From contig CM074511.1 of NCBI GenBank assembly GCA_037379345.1, positions 23,357,171 through 23,421,170 of the forward strand: a stretch of 64,000 nucleotides of DNA, in the 5' to 3' direction. The translations under genes and the position numbers were made by a program. Position 1 is the first letter of the stretch. The number at the start of each line of letters is the position of its first letter. The notes under the pieces are model-generated. The model ran no database searches, was not told where the DNA came from, and was given only the letters and a program-made list of their open reading frames with translations. Source of the DNA: Perna viridis (Eukaryota). Below are positions 1 to 13,200 of this stretch, piece after piece.

Positions 1-80
1 CTTACAGTCCATCCATTTCTAAACAACTTAAGATTTTCTTAACAGTTCTGTTGAGCTCGGAAATAAAGATGTTTTGTGCG

Positions 81-140
81 AGATTAACTACGATTGCATG
101 AAATTACCAAAGATTAACTACGATTGCATGAAATTACCAA
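81..140. repeat. Perfect 30-bp tandem duplication
   Basis: AGATTAACTACGATTGCATGAAATTACCAA at 81-110 and 111-140. Confidence 0.95.
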
Positions 141-837
141 GTACCCCAAAAGACCTTAGATCTAGAAAAAAATCCTCTTTTTAAGTTTCCTATCGTAATC
201 TCATAGGTGTCTACTACTGATTTTGATTTCCATATAGCATGATTCTTATGTTACTTACAAAATCTGTATCTAATCTTTTATCTGGATTTTAATGCCGGTA
301 ATGTTTGTCATACATTTCGCTGTCTATTTAAATACATTTTGCACATATGCTAGTATACATTGTATTGACAGTGCTTTCATGGAATAAGTCATCCATTTTC
401 GATTTGTCAGACTAAATGCAAAGTCTTCAATTTTATGCGACGACTGTTTATGTTTTTATTGGGTGTTTCTTGTCTCAGTGTGAACAATTTCTTTCAAAAG
501 GCTTATCAAAATAGAAAAGTAAAAATACATAATTGGTTGTCCATTGTGCTGAACAGGGTTGCAACTGAGATTGTTTAAAGCCAAGATAGCCCGAAATTTA
601 TGAACAACGAACAATTTGATTTAAAAAAGATTCTGTTTGTTGTCTTAATTTAATAATTCAATAATCATCTATGATAAATTTAACACATGTAAAACGAGAG
701 AGATAGACAACCTTTAAACATTATTCATTTATCATTAATAAAAAGTATTTCATTTAAGCTGTTGTTACATCACAAGTCAGATAGTTCGTGCACTTCAGGA
801 GCGAGAACGTTTGACCGATCGAACAGACACGGTTACA

Positions 838-1277
838 CATCGCATCTACCCCAAAGAACTTGAGATAAAGAATGCTACAGACACTGTGAAGTTATCATAT
901 CTTGACCTACATTTAGAGATCGATGGTAAAGAAAAATTATTGACCAAACTATAGGACAAATGCGATGACTTTTCATTCTGTATTGTCAACTTTCCTTTCA
1001 TCTGTGGCAATATCCCTTCAACACCCGCGTATGGAGTTTCATATCACAACTCATACGTTATGCCAGAGCTTGCCGTAAACACGCAGACTTTTTGTATCGC
1101 GCTAGACTACTTACAATTAGGTTTCTGGAACAGGGTTAGGATGCTACAAGATTAAAGGCATCACAACAAAAGTTTTATGGTCGTCATCATGAACTTGTGG
1201 ATCGTTACGGTGTATCCATTTACACCATGAAAACTGAGCTGTTCAACTTTGTCATAGTTTTCGTTTCCTCTTTTGTC
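838..1277 (+). mobile_element. Decayed reverse transcriptase C-terminal fragment of a Penelope-like retroelement (probably Naiad-type)
   Basis: Translates as HRIYPKELEIKNATDTVKLSYLDLHLEIDGKEKLLTKL*DKCDDFSFCIVNFPFICGNIPSTPAYGV/ISQLIRYARACRKHADFLYRARLLTIRFLEQG*DATRLKASQQKFYGRHHELVDRYG. The YLDL, LYDKRDDF, IVNFPF and AYGVxISQLIRYARAC motifs match Penelope-like RT palm/thumb from memory. TAG stops at 952-954 and 1137-1139; frameshift near 1039. Confidence 0.8.
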
Positions 1278-1280
1278 AAG

Positions 1281-1432
1281 TGAGCAGGTCATCCTACCCG
1301 AATAAATTGTTATAACTCAAAACCAGCCTATAGTTACTCTACCTCCAACATTTCACATACTCTCTGGAAAATCCGTGGCTATGCATTCTAAAGTCATTGG
1401 TTTGACTCGGACGTGGATCGAGCCGAGGTTTG
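1281..1432 (-). mobile_element. Degenerate tRNA-derived SINE fragment
   Basis: Resembles 30473-30700 and continues into AAAGTCATTGGTTTGACTCGGACGTGGATCGAGCC, whose reverse complement contains a B-box-like GGCTCGATCC. Confidence 0.5.
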
Positions 1433-3626
1433 TCGGTCCTGGAGGCTTATTAAAATTGTAGATAGTGCTAAAACTGTGATGTATCTCTTTATCTGTCCTC
1501 ATTAACGAATTTTATCGTTAATGCTTAAGTTAATTTTTTTCTCATAGCCGTGTGTGACTTGATAATTGACACGAGTTAAAAGCAATTTCCCTTATAAACA
1601 AAATACTACATAATTTATTGAAAATAACATAATAAAACTCAACCATCGCCCTAAAAGGAAATACAGGAAATATCTTTTCATGACTATAACAAATAAAAGT
1701 GTTACTTAATTAACTGAAAACATAATGTTCATTTATGTAATAAACATCTTCCTGACTCCAACAAGGAACAAGTCAAAACACTTCTTAGAAATTGGCGAAT
1801 TTGAAAAAAATAGTGTTATCTAATTATTAACAATAATACTTATCTACATGACATTGTTGATTTTTCTACATGACATTGTTAAATGTACTATATCAAATGC
1901 ACTGTTTTCTTGGTAAAGCTAAAAAAGAAATATCTATACAAATTGACGATTTTTAATTCCACAGAAAAACCTAGTATATCAGTCTTAAAGATATATTAAA
2001 TGTAAGAGGAATACACATGGTGAATATGTCAAAGAGACGAAATGATTTATAAATACACATCAAAATATGGACAAATGAATATAAAAATCATCATTTTATG
2101 CATTCAGCACATAACTAGTATCCACCTGTATCAGTTATATTTTGGTTTAAGAAAAGAATTTTATGTAAACATGTGCAATTACACAATACATAATAAATAT
2201 TAGGAAATTCAGCCTTATTTGGCATTCCGTTATACTAGTAATTTTGCTGATGATTTTTTTGCTGATTACTATCAAAATTGTTTATTTAATATCCGATTCA
2301 TCTATTTTTCGGTCACCTGAAGGTCGCAACGTCGTCTTTAAATACCTGCAGATAATTGAAAGACATTACTTCAAAATTCTATCCAAGATGATGATATAAG
2401 CTTGAAAAAAAATAACTGAAATATAACCATAGAAAAAAGTACCAATGGTCAAAAGTTTCAAAACCGGAAAGTCAAGGTTGGGTTTGATAATATTAAAAAA
2501 AATAGATAAACCAATAATGTCTACAAAAATCATTTGAATTAAAGTAATTTTGTCTCCCGTAGAGAAAAAAAAAGATGATAGAACGAGTGATTGGAAAGCA
2601 CAATGTTGCATATGAAATAATCATCTATTGAATTATTTCAGTCCGTCAACTGAAATAAACATTTTAATGCCAAAGTGATTGGTTTCTTTGCAATCTAAGA
2701 TACAATCAGCTATAATTGATACAAATCTATTTTCCTATGCAATGATCCATGAGAAATTCTATTTTCAATGTATTTTCAGCGTAATTTGACCTTATTAAGT
2801 TTTCGTAAATTAGTTTTTAAAATTATTCTAATCAACCAATCACTCGTCAGATGCATTGTATATATCATTACAGAGATTGAGTTGATAAATGAACTAATTT
2901 CCTCGTGTCCTAATCTGATTTCTTTTCTGTTTAACAGGCAATTCTTCAAAAAATGGATTCTGAAGTGGTATTTAATGAAAAGCGGATATTGAATTAATCT
3001 AAGGTAATTGGAAGGGCAACGCGATCAATAAATCTATCGAATTGAATGAATACTCAAAATTTCATGAATTCGCAAAGATATTTTAGAAAATCGAAGCCAT
3101 CAAAAGATCATGAATTATATTTGTCTACTGAATTACATTAAAATCCTTAAATGCACCTATTTTGTTTTCTTTTCAAGAAGGTCATCTTTGAACCGGATGA
3201 GGGTTCGTTTTAAGAAAATAAGTGGAACCACGATAATGAAAATATCTTTATCTCAAATTTTAAGGGTAATATGACAAAGTAAAGAAAAAAATGGATAAAT
3301 ATAACGAATTTCAATTGAAATACTAACGAAAAATGAGCCTGAATGTTGTGGAACGGAAGATCGATTAGTATTGGCTTTTGTAGATCGGTTTGTAGAAATA
3401 CTAATGCATTGCTCATGATATATTCGGCATAAAACAGCAACTGCAAAGTGATTCCAAAAAAGGAAATACATTGGCATTGATAAAATAGCCAAATGGTCAA
3501 CAAAATTTTGGCGATAGAAGGCTTGTTTTGTGATAACTTATTATAATCTTGAGATGATAACATAACCTATAAAGTTTATACATAGATGATAAATGGGAAG
3601 ATGTGAAGAAAAATATGATACATCCC

Positions 3627-3770
3627 CACAATGTCAGGGCTCTTGTGTCTACTTGTGTCCTTGGGTGATCACAAGTGGACACAGGGGCACTTACATTGTG
3701 AGTCCAAGTAGACACCGAAGCCCTGATATTGTGAGTTACAAGTGGACATAGGATCCCTGACATTGTGAGA
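3627..3770. repeat. 33-34-bp unit array: one inverted copy followed by three direct copies
   Basis: Consensus CACAAGTRGACACAGGAGCCCTGACATTGTGAGT. Direct copies at 3670-3703, 3704-3736 and 3737-3770; reverse-complement copy at 3627-3657. Confidence 0.9.
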
Positions 3771-5068
3771 ATGAATATGATGCGGAAATATGAGTGAGAG
3801 ATTGCTCACGATCCTTTTTCATGAAAATTTCTATAAGTAAAGACACGAAACATGCACAGAGGAGTTTGTTATGTCTTTCAGTTCTACCAGTAAAAGATAA
3901 GATGATAATGCTAACTATTACTGTTATATTATCTAGAAAAGTTAAGCTTCAGACTAAACACAAATAAAGTACATGTTCAACTTTGCTGCTGTTTCTGTAA
4001 CAAAAACTTTTTTTACAATGCAGGAATGTTAGCCTTAAGCTTAACCTGCTATCTGCAGGATCGGCTTTTCTGTTGGGGTTTTTTCATCCTTTAGAGACGA
4101 TTGCTGCTGCTAACGAGTTCCGTTTATTATTTGTTTTCCTTCTTGATTTACTTCTTTAAATTTGTTTCAATAATCTTTTAATAAGGCAGTGATGCTATGT
4201 GACCCATAGCTGGGTAGCGGGTATAAAGAGCAGAATTGATATGAAGTCGTCGATCCAACTACTATTTTTAAACTGTTACGAATTTACAAGGTCTACTTAC
4301 TTATTTCTAAAAGTGCTTTAGACTTGTTGACGTAATGAGAAATGTGACGAATTATCAGGAAGGACTATGATGAATTTTTTTATTTTAATTTTCAGTATTA
4401 GAAGAAGATAGATGAGCCGCAAACTTTTATATACTCCTTGAGCAATAAACTGTTCATTTATTTCTCCACTCGAAATGGTTAAATAAAGTCTTTCATCATG
4501 CCAACTTTATTGAGCATGTTAGACTCTCAAATTTGCCATAGAGAGTGGAGAAGTAGCTTAAATCAAGAAGAGTTGATTAAGAACTTGGATAAATGTTGAA
4601 AGACGAGAAATCTCTCCCACGAATTTAATCACCCCCCCCCCCCCCGGTGGTTAAAAGTTACTTGTATTTTAAATCATTGGCACAGAATGTGTAAAAACAA
4701 AAATTCTCTACAAATGACAAATTACTAATTATTCTTTTATATTAAGATTGTTGCCATATGCGTTCTTGTTGGAGTGGAATGAACAAACGCATCAGAATAA
4801 GAGGCTATTAATTTGACCTGTCACGGAAATTTATTAGCCTTTATACTTGAGTTCATAATTATCTTGAAGGAACAGTACATTCAATGATTGTTTTTCCTTC
4901 CAGTTCTTATCCATGTGTTTGTCATATACCACGATTCTAATATAAGAGTGTCAATTGACATGTAGTTTGTAAAAGACTGTTTTCTTTATTCTGACAGACA
5001 CGTTGTCTTCATGATGAATGTAGTACTTGTCTTCGTTGTAGATTAAATCAATTATATGGCAAGTTTCA

Positions 5069-5350
5069 GCTCTAAACATGTGATTTCACTTTCATACATA
5101 AAAATATTTATCTCAGAAATGAGACGGTTGAAAAAAGAAAAAAAATAGCCACACACTAATGTGTCATTTTAATTTTGAAAAATAAATTATTAACCGGCAT
5201 CGTAGAATTCAATCAATCATATAGCATCACTCCGCTCTAAACATGTCTTACACTACACTTTCATTTATATAAATTTATCTGAGAAATGAGACGGTTTAAA
5301 AAAGCAAACCACTAATTTATGTATCTTTTTCAATTATGAAAAAATTAAAT
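5069..5350. repeat. Diverged direct repeat with about 165-bp period
   Basis: GCTCTAAACATGT...CACTTTCAT...TTTATCTnAGAAATGAGACGGTTnAAAAAAG starts at 5069 and 5234. Confidence 0.75.
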
Positions 5351-8300
5351 AGTTCCAAAAAAGCGAGATTTACTATCCATTCTGGAGCACTTGAGTTAAT
5401 CAAGTGAATATTTCAGTTTTATGTGATCCATTATGACTTATTAGTAGTCCGAAGTAACGCTTGTCCGTTTGGTGCATCCAATTGTGCATGCCCAATGTAA
5501 ACATTGTAGAAAATACTCATACTTTTTTTCTTAATAAGAAGTACAGTCTCAAAGTCACATATACATCTTAGCCTTCAATAAATGTATAATTAAATAATAT
5601 TGAGCTTAAGCCAAAAAAACAAATAGTGGTGGATTTCAATAAAATAAAATCATACGTCGTAACTATGACGTCACAATACTATTTTTTCTTATCATGGTGC
5701 CATAACTTACGACACGTATTCAACTCTACATGTATGGTTTTTGTGAAATCGATCGCAAAGATTAATAGTAGTGATTCATTGTGAATTCGTATCCAGGATA
5801 TACTTATCAAATAGCAATTCATGATTCTCCTTTAGGGTGCCATTTCACTCTATTCCGAATAATTGTGTGTTCATACATGTTTGGTCGGCCTTCCCTGTTA
5901 AAGAAAACCAAATAAAAAGCAAAATGTGTTTTAATTCTGAATCGTTTTAACAAAATATCAGTATTTTGCTTATGTTAGATAGGATAATTACACAGAGTAA
6001 ACTTATTTTTATAGAAGTTAAGTTTCAACGCTGAAGATGACAAAGTTTACTCACCCAACGTCTTAATCTATTATAAATCGTAAGGACTGTAATCTCTTGT
6101 AAAAATAACTATTTCCCGTGTGTAAATATGAAAATACTTTAGGAGTAAATTGCATGAAACATAGCTGTTTGTTTTCAAATATGCCAACTTAGGGAACTAT
6201 AAACAAGATAGAAATCTTAATTATAAAGATCTTTCTTGATTCAATGCATTTAAGTGGTCTATTTACCACCAAAAAGTCATAGTTGATTAATCTCTTTAAC
6301 GTCAGTTGATTCCATTGTGTATTGGTTATATTGAAGAGATAGTAATTTCAGCAGCAAAGACGGGCTCTGTTTAACCTTAAACATAAAGACGGTTCATATA
6401 AATGATAGAAATCTCTAAACATATTGATTGAATGTACTAAGACAAGGCAATTCTCAAATCAATGCAAGGAAATAGACGTCCCACGGGGCAATACGGAGAA
6501 AAGTGAATTCAACTTAAAATATACTTTGTTTGTGATTGTTGTAGTAAATCATATTCGTAACTGGCTAGTTTCAAGTGACTACACATATGCTAATTTACAA
6601 TATATCAGATGTGAAGAATGCAAACCAAACGTCTCTTTGTGTAGTAAATGTCCATATAAATATTTTTTGTCTTTTTAAGGAGATAGGGTTTTGATATGAT
6701 TTTTCCCTCACCGTTAAATTTCGAGATATAAATATTCTTCAAATCACATATTTCATTGACTTTTTTTGCGGCTAAAAGCTTTTTTTTTATAATGCCCAGA
6801 CTATAAATTGGAGTTAATTCAACTTCTCAGAGTTGTCAAAGCATGGCCAATCATTGTATTGAATATGACCACCTCAATTCCTATCATTAAAATGTCCTTA
6901 ACTGGGAGCTGAAAACAGAAGATGGAACGTTTAAGGGGTAAGCTCTATTCATCGGCAGACGTTTGTTTTCTACCTTGTTGGCCACTCAAGACTTAAGAAA
7001 TTCTCAGACAACTTTGTTTACAATCAGTCATTTTTCCTGACCTTGCATGGTTTACTGAGAGTTATGTCTGTAGCACATAGAGTGAATTTCGAACGTCAGA
7101 CGCTGTTAGCGAATTGATTGTAAGTTTTTTCTTCAACTCAAATTTCAACCGATCTAACTGCTTGAAGTTGAAGATTATTTTCATGAAACCGATCTTAATA
7201 AATAATAACAAATAAAGACTTCGCACAGCCGGAATGAATGTGGTAAAGATTAATTTGATATATTTATCAAATTGGTTTAAATATACAATCATAGAAAATA
7301 CCGACAATCAAGTCATTGACTACTCTTAAACTTTGAAGCTGTAATGGAAAACTTAAAGATTCTTTCTTTACTTAACAACATTTCGATTTTCTGTGTCAGT
7401 TTATTTTCTTTTGTATAATAATTTACTCAAAAGGGGATAATTATATATAAGAACAAGTTTTACAGCTAAACATTTTAAAATGAGTTAATATGGCATTTCA
7501 TGCAGTATTTTGTGTATGCAACGTAATTATTCTTATCTTTTTTAAAAGTATATACTAAGGTTCAAAATATTATGTACACATGTTTGTTAAAAGTAAGAAT
7601 TTCAAAACATCTAAAACAAAAAAACACAATAACGTGTGATATAAAAATTATACATAGTAAACAAGTACTATCTTTAATTAAAAAAAGATACCCGACGCAG
7701 TAAAGTTCCGTTCTTTTCATTTGTAATTTTCTACTGTAACATTTCATTCAAGAAAATAACGCATGCCATGTAATTTCGATTTTCGGTACAGTTTTTTCAT
7801 ACGCCACTTAGATGTTAGTTTTTTCGGCCAATCGGGAAAAAAGAATTTTGATCGTGTGACCTTCGTTTCCATAGAGAGCGTCATAGGGTAAAAAAGCGAA
7901 ACTATACCGACTTCGTCGGAAAAAGAGAGCGTAGACAAATAGCTCGGAGTGTGCTGAGTTCTTTAATTTGCCAATTAGGAATAAACACATCTGTTTCTAT
8001 TGTTTCATGTTCATTATATCAGCTACAGTTGATACCATTTATGACAGACAACAAATGAACTAACCAAACAAATTAGAAAATATGATACAATAACAGATGT
8101 GTTCAATTAATTGTATATGTATAAAGGGAAATTTATTCAGTTATATTTTAAAACGTTTATAAGAATCTCTGTTTTGTTTGTTTTTGCCTTTTTGTTTGTT
8201 TGTTTGTTTTTATTCTTAAACAAAAAGTCTTTATTACTACAAGAAACCATTAGTTATATTCGTTTGTGGTTACTGATTATGCAAATTTTGTTCAAACTGT

Positions 8301-9483
8301 CTTATTTTGTTTGTTTTTGAAATGTATTAAAGCTAAAAATAAAGACTTTGTCTGATGTATAAAGCATTTAATCTTTGACCATTTATTGTTTGTTCCATAA
8401 TTTATTTAGCGGTTTACTCATTTATAATCATGTTGTTAACATTTTTTCGGCGTGATTACGAATATCAGAGTGTAGGATTTACAAGTATCTGGCATAATTT
8501 TATTCTTGATATAAATACAAAACTCAGTAACAGCAATATCCACATCAAAGATTTGAAATAGTGAGTTACACCTTTATCCACTATCAATGTATTCAAATGA
8601 GCACCGATGCTTGTTTTACTCTGACGTGAAAATGACAGAAACAAATTAAGTTGATTGGAAAAAGACAAATAAATTGCGTTTTAAATTTCATTTGAAAAAA
8701 TCTAATCAGCACATGATTGAAAATAACATTTCGTCTGATTGCCACAAGAACATGAAAAAGATATATAGATCACGTTCTGCTATTCCACTGTCAATGGAAT
8801 GTCAATTCTACATCGCCGCTGCGTTTAAGAAAGTAGTTTTTCTTGTATAGTTTATACAGATCCATCACGAAATTGAATCAGTCTCGTTGTGGAATGGAGT
8901 AAATAATCAATCTGAAAACGAGATTAATCTCCACTGCAAAACTTGTGTTAGGTCTTTCAAAATGTCAGCCATCTTATAGGTTTGGTTGTTTCGCTTTCAA
9001 TAATGAAATTGTATTCTGTCGCCAACTCAATCTCATTCGATTTCTTGAGTTAATGGAGATGAATGCTTAGGTATCGAGACAAACAAACTTGCAGGCAAAA
9101 TTAAATGTCAAATATCCTGATTACTTCTGTGTATAGTGTTTGCTTCTGGAAGGAGAAGCCTTAAAAGTTCAAGTTTCTAATAAAGCTCAGATAGTTTGCG
9201 TTGCATTTCTAGTTCTTGGAGAAAATTAAAATAATGAAATTGAAACCATGCTTTTCGGAATCTAATTGCTTTGAAAATTAAATATCGAAATAAGCATTCC
9301 CGTATTTCTAACAGAGCATCTTATTGACATTGTAAAGTAAAAATTGATCCAAGAACGTACGATACCTCAACAAATAGCAATTGGTTAATTTTCAGTCAAC
9401 ACAAAAAGTGGTTTTGTTAAAAAAATAAGTGTGAAAACATATCCCAGAATATACATGAAGTTCATTTAAGATAATCTATTTAA

Positions 9484-9688
9484 GGTGGTAGACCTAGGGT
9501 AAGGGACACAACTCTTACAAATCAATGGAACGTTTGTATTCAACATTTTACATCATTCTGATGTAAGCTTCAAAGCAACTTGGACTGATTTCATTCTGTT
9601 TCTAATGAAAGCTTGATAGGCGAAATTGAAATGATACGAATATGTCACTGATTTCAAGAGTTATGTCCCTTACCCTAGGTCTGCCTCC
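9484..9688. mobile_element. MITE with long TIRs and TTAA target-site duplication (Kolobok-like or piggyBac-like)
   Basis: TTAA|GGTGGTAGACCTAGGGTAAGGGACACAACTCTT ... AAGAGTTATGTCCCTTACCCTAGGTCTGCCTCC|TTAA. Confidence 0.85.
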
Positions 9689-10180
9689 TTAATAATATGT
9701 AACAAAAAATTTAATTCGTAAATTATTGGCAACATACACCTATAATTAATTGTTTTTTCTATAGAGTACTGACGTTGTGTCCCATGCACAAGCACTTCAT
9801 TTTTAAAGTTTTGTCTATATAAGTGGCCTTGTTTTTTTTTAACTGGAGGCCAGCATAATGTAAAAAATCCGTAGGCATGATAGTATCACGAGATTCTATT
9901 GTAGTTTTGTGTACAGATTTCTGACATGTCACGAAGATATTTTGGCGGGAATTATTCATGTACAACGACAAGTGAACACAAAACTTTCATTTCTATCATG
10001 ACGGTGTCTTACAGTAAGAATGAAGCATAACTTACGTGTTCTTGTTCATTATTTAAATGTGTTTAAGTGCTTCAATTATTCCGTTGATTTTGTCCATCTT
10101 TTTCAAGTTTCATTCCTCACAGCGAGCTTTTCCGTGTAAAAAATTATCACATTTCAATGCCGTCATTGTTCAAATAATGT

Positions 10181-10243
10181 CTTACATTAGATTACCATTA
10201 ATACCATGACAATTACGTTAGATTGCCATTAATACCATGACAA
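10181..10243. repeat. 31-bp tandem duplication
   Basis: TTACRTTAGATTRCCATTAATACCATGACAA twice. Confidence 0.85.
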
Positions 10244-13200
10244 AAAAAAACCACTGGTTTCCGGTGAGTCGGTATCGTTTTGATGTTTGTTTTTGTTGCC
10301 GTATATCTACGTTTTTTTCCTCCAAGATTTCACATGAACTTAATATTTATGATAAACTTTTATTATCTTGCAAAATATGCAATATTGATAAATATTTTGT
10401 ACTTCAAATTTGTATTTAGGAACCACATGATCAATGCCACTGCTGCTGGATCAAAGTTCTTTGGGGGTGTTCACCCAGTAGTATGACTTGTTTGGTTAGA
10501 ATTTCGTAAGAGGTTACTTACTGAAATGATTTACAAATTTTTTATCAATACAGTAGAACTTCTCGGTGCTCGATTTGGCTTCCTATTACAATATTGTTGG
10601 TTTTGAGTACTTTTTGTATACAATTATTGTTTTGGATCTCTATCTTCCAACCTATTTGGTTATTATGCTGCAAATTAAAGGTTACTCCTCGACATACAAG
10701 GTCAGCAGAGCGAAATATGGCGATATGATTGGTATTGCTTGTTATTCAGTGTTAATGTCAGTACAACAATATAGCACTATAATAGCACATAACAGTTAAT
10801 AAAAATCATTTAAAGTCACATATTTTTAAGATTCTATTCCACTGAATATCGTTTATACCACAAGTGCACCGCTTAACATGAAACATTTTTACAAAATTTT
10901 GCAGAAACTGGAAAGTACTTTGAAGAAAGTAATATCTCAATTCAGTGAAGAACGCTTATGCTTTCAGAAATTAGGCAGTTACAACATTTTTGTAGAACCT
11001 ATTTCAATTTTGGGTTTCATAAATGGGTTAAATGTTCACTCACGTTAATGCATCTCAAACGTTATTGGCATCCGACTAATAATGTATTTAAGCAAGAGAA
11101 GGAACATTGTTTTGAGAGGTAGTTGGTTCGGTTTCATGCGTTTTAGTCATTTAAACGAAAAACGATATAGTCCTACAAAAAAACCTAAAACAGAACAATG
11201 TATTATAGTTTATAAAATCAGGAATATTAGAAAAAATCACAGAGTAGACGGAATCCTATAATTTCTTGCTTTCTAGTTTTCTAACGCTTCAAAATGATCT
11301 ATGAAAATATTTTTTCTAATTTCCAGACTTAAAAATACGAAATGTGTCATAGATACATCATCTTGTAACATTGGTTTTAACAATTATAACTATTGTGGTT
11401 AATTGTTTCACAAGCCAATCTTTGTTATTCAATAACTCTGTATTAGGCCGATGAAAATTTCCATGTTTTTTGCATAAAGCCGTAATATTTCAGATAACAC
11501 ATCAATAAGGCCATTAATAATTAACATTGACAACAAACCAAATGACATTCTCACATGTTATTATTTGTAAAGGATCAAATCGATGTTGAATCTTATTGGA
11601 AGCGTTTGATTCCAAAACCAACCCACTTCCTTAGAGCTACTCAGAAACTTTCATCGATCCTTAAGTTGTGATTAAACTCATGCTTGATTGAAAAGAAAAT
11701 ATTTCTTCCATGTGATGTCAAACGGTATGGGACGTCGTGAATAGTGGTCAAAGCAAACGGTATCTTGGGATTCTCATCGTGAAGTTTAAGTTTCATCGGG
11801 GTTAATAATTCATAGTTTTTAGGATTATCTTTCAATATAGGAATAGTTCATGATATCCATGAATTTAACTTTAACTGTTACAGAAGGTAAGCAAGATAAC
11901 CAAGTTCAGTGTAAGTTAAAATCCGTTTACTCTTTTAAATCATACAAATATTGTATGCATCTAAAAGTAATAACATATTAGCATGTTTCTAAAGACGCTT
12001 ACGCTTGTAAAATTCCTGGTTCGTGTTTCCAGTATATTTCAGTGGCCAAACTTACAATTGATATGCTCTCTTCACATTTTTTTTTGTGAAAAGAGTTTGT
12101 CATCTTGGTGTCAATAAGTCCCCTGACACAGATTATAATCTAAATGTAGTTCCCCATGATTTCACAAACCATTATAATATGGTGTCATTGCATTAATGCA
12201 GGTCTGTCGGTGCCTCATCTTGTACCTACCCAGGTATTAACAAAATAGGAATTAGAGACAGATGAATATGATAACAATAATTGATTTCAAAAGAAAGAAT
12301 TACAAATAACCTTAATACAGTGGAGAATATCGCTAACATAAAGAACGCTTATTATAACGTTGTAGCACTAGAAGGTGTATTACGCCATAGAAATACAAAA
12401 ATGCTGCTAAACAAATTTAATGTAAATTAACTGATATTCAACGAATTTTTAATTTCCCACCTAAAAGAATATTTAATGAAAATTTTCTTTGAAGTCAATT
12501 TAATTTTTAACAACCATCATACTTGTATGCAGGTGAGATGAGACTTTAATAAACTATTGTCTTGCCGTGTCTTGTCTGCTTTTATGCATGATGTATTTAG
12601 TTTTTTTCTTTCTTTTAAATATGATCCTGATTTCCTAAATGAAGAGAGTAACAAAAACAAAAACAACAACTAAACTAAACAAAAACAATACAAAAACAAA
12701 TATCGTCGAAATGCGACTGATTTGAACAAGAACGAAAACCACAAAGATCTAAAACATACAAGGACAAAGTAATAAATAAGGCACAAATACAAATGACCAT
12801 GAACCCTGACCTTTTTCGTCCACATGCTATAACTCACGCGTTAAGTATCACTAACACGAATTATTAGCACGATATTAATATAACCCACTACATCATCGAT
12901 GTCAATTAAGTAATACTCTTAGCCATTAACACGGTGGCAAACTTTGTTAAGTTAGCTTTAATCATATTTAGAAGTATTGCTATATCGACCACCATATTGC
13001 GCTTCTGAACATAACTCTGGTGTAAAATTAAGATTAAAAATAAGATCACCAGTAGCATTATAAACAGCATATTATTTTAACTATATAATCTATACTGTTT
13101 TCTTGTGAGGAACCAATATAAAGTGAAACAAGGCAATGTTAGAAGAGGGCAAAATACATTAATAACATTTTAAGAGAATTGCATACATTAATGCTGCTCT

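Noticed and set aside
952-1139. Stop-codon recoding in the RT remnant (two TAGs at expected Tyr positions)
   Set aside because: Single TAY-to-TAG changes plus a frameshift in a truncated copy are ordinary decay.
1395-1440. tRNA gene
   Set aside because: Only a B-box-like remnant in SINE context; no cloverleaf.
2938-3003. Exon-like segment with a good acceptor and AG|GTAATT donor
   Set aside because: Its ATG frame stops after 14 codons, and I found no partner exons or homology. A non-coding exon cannot be excluded.
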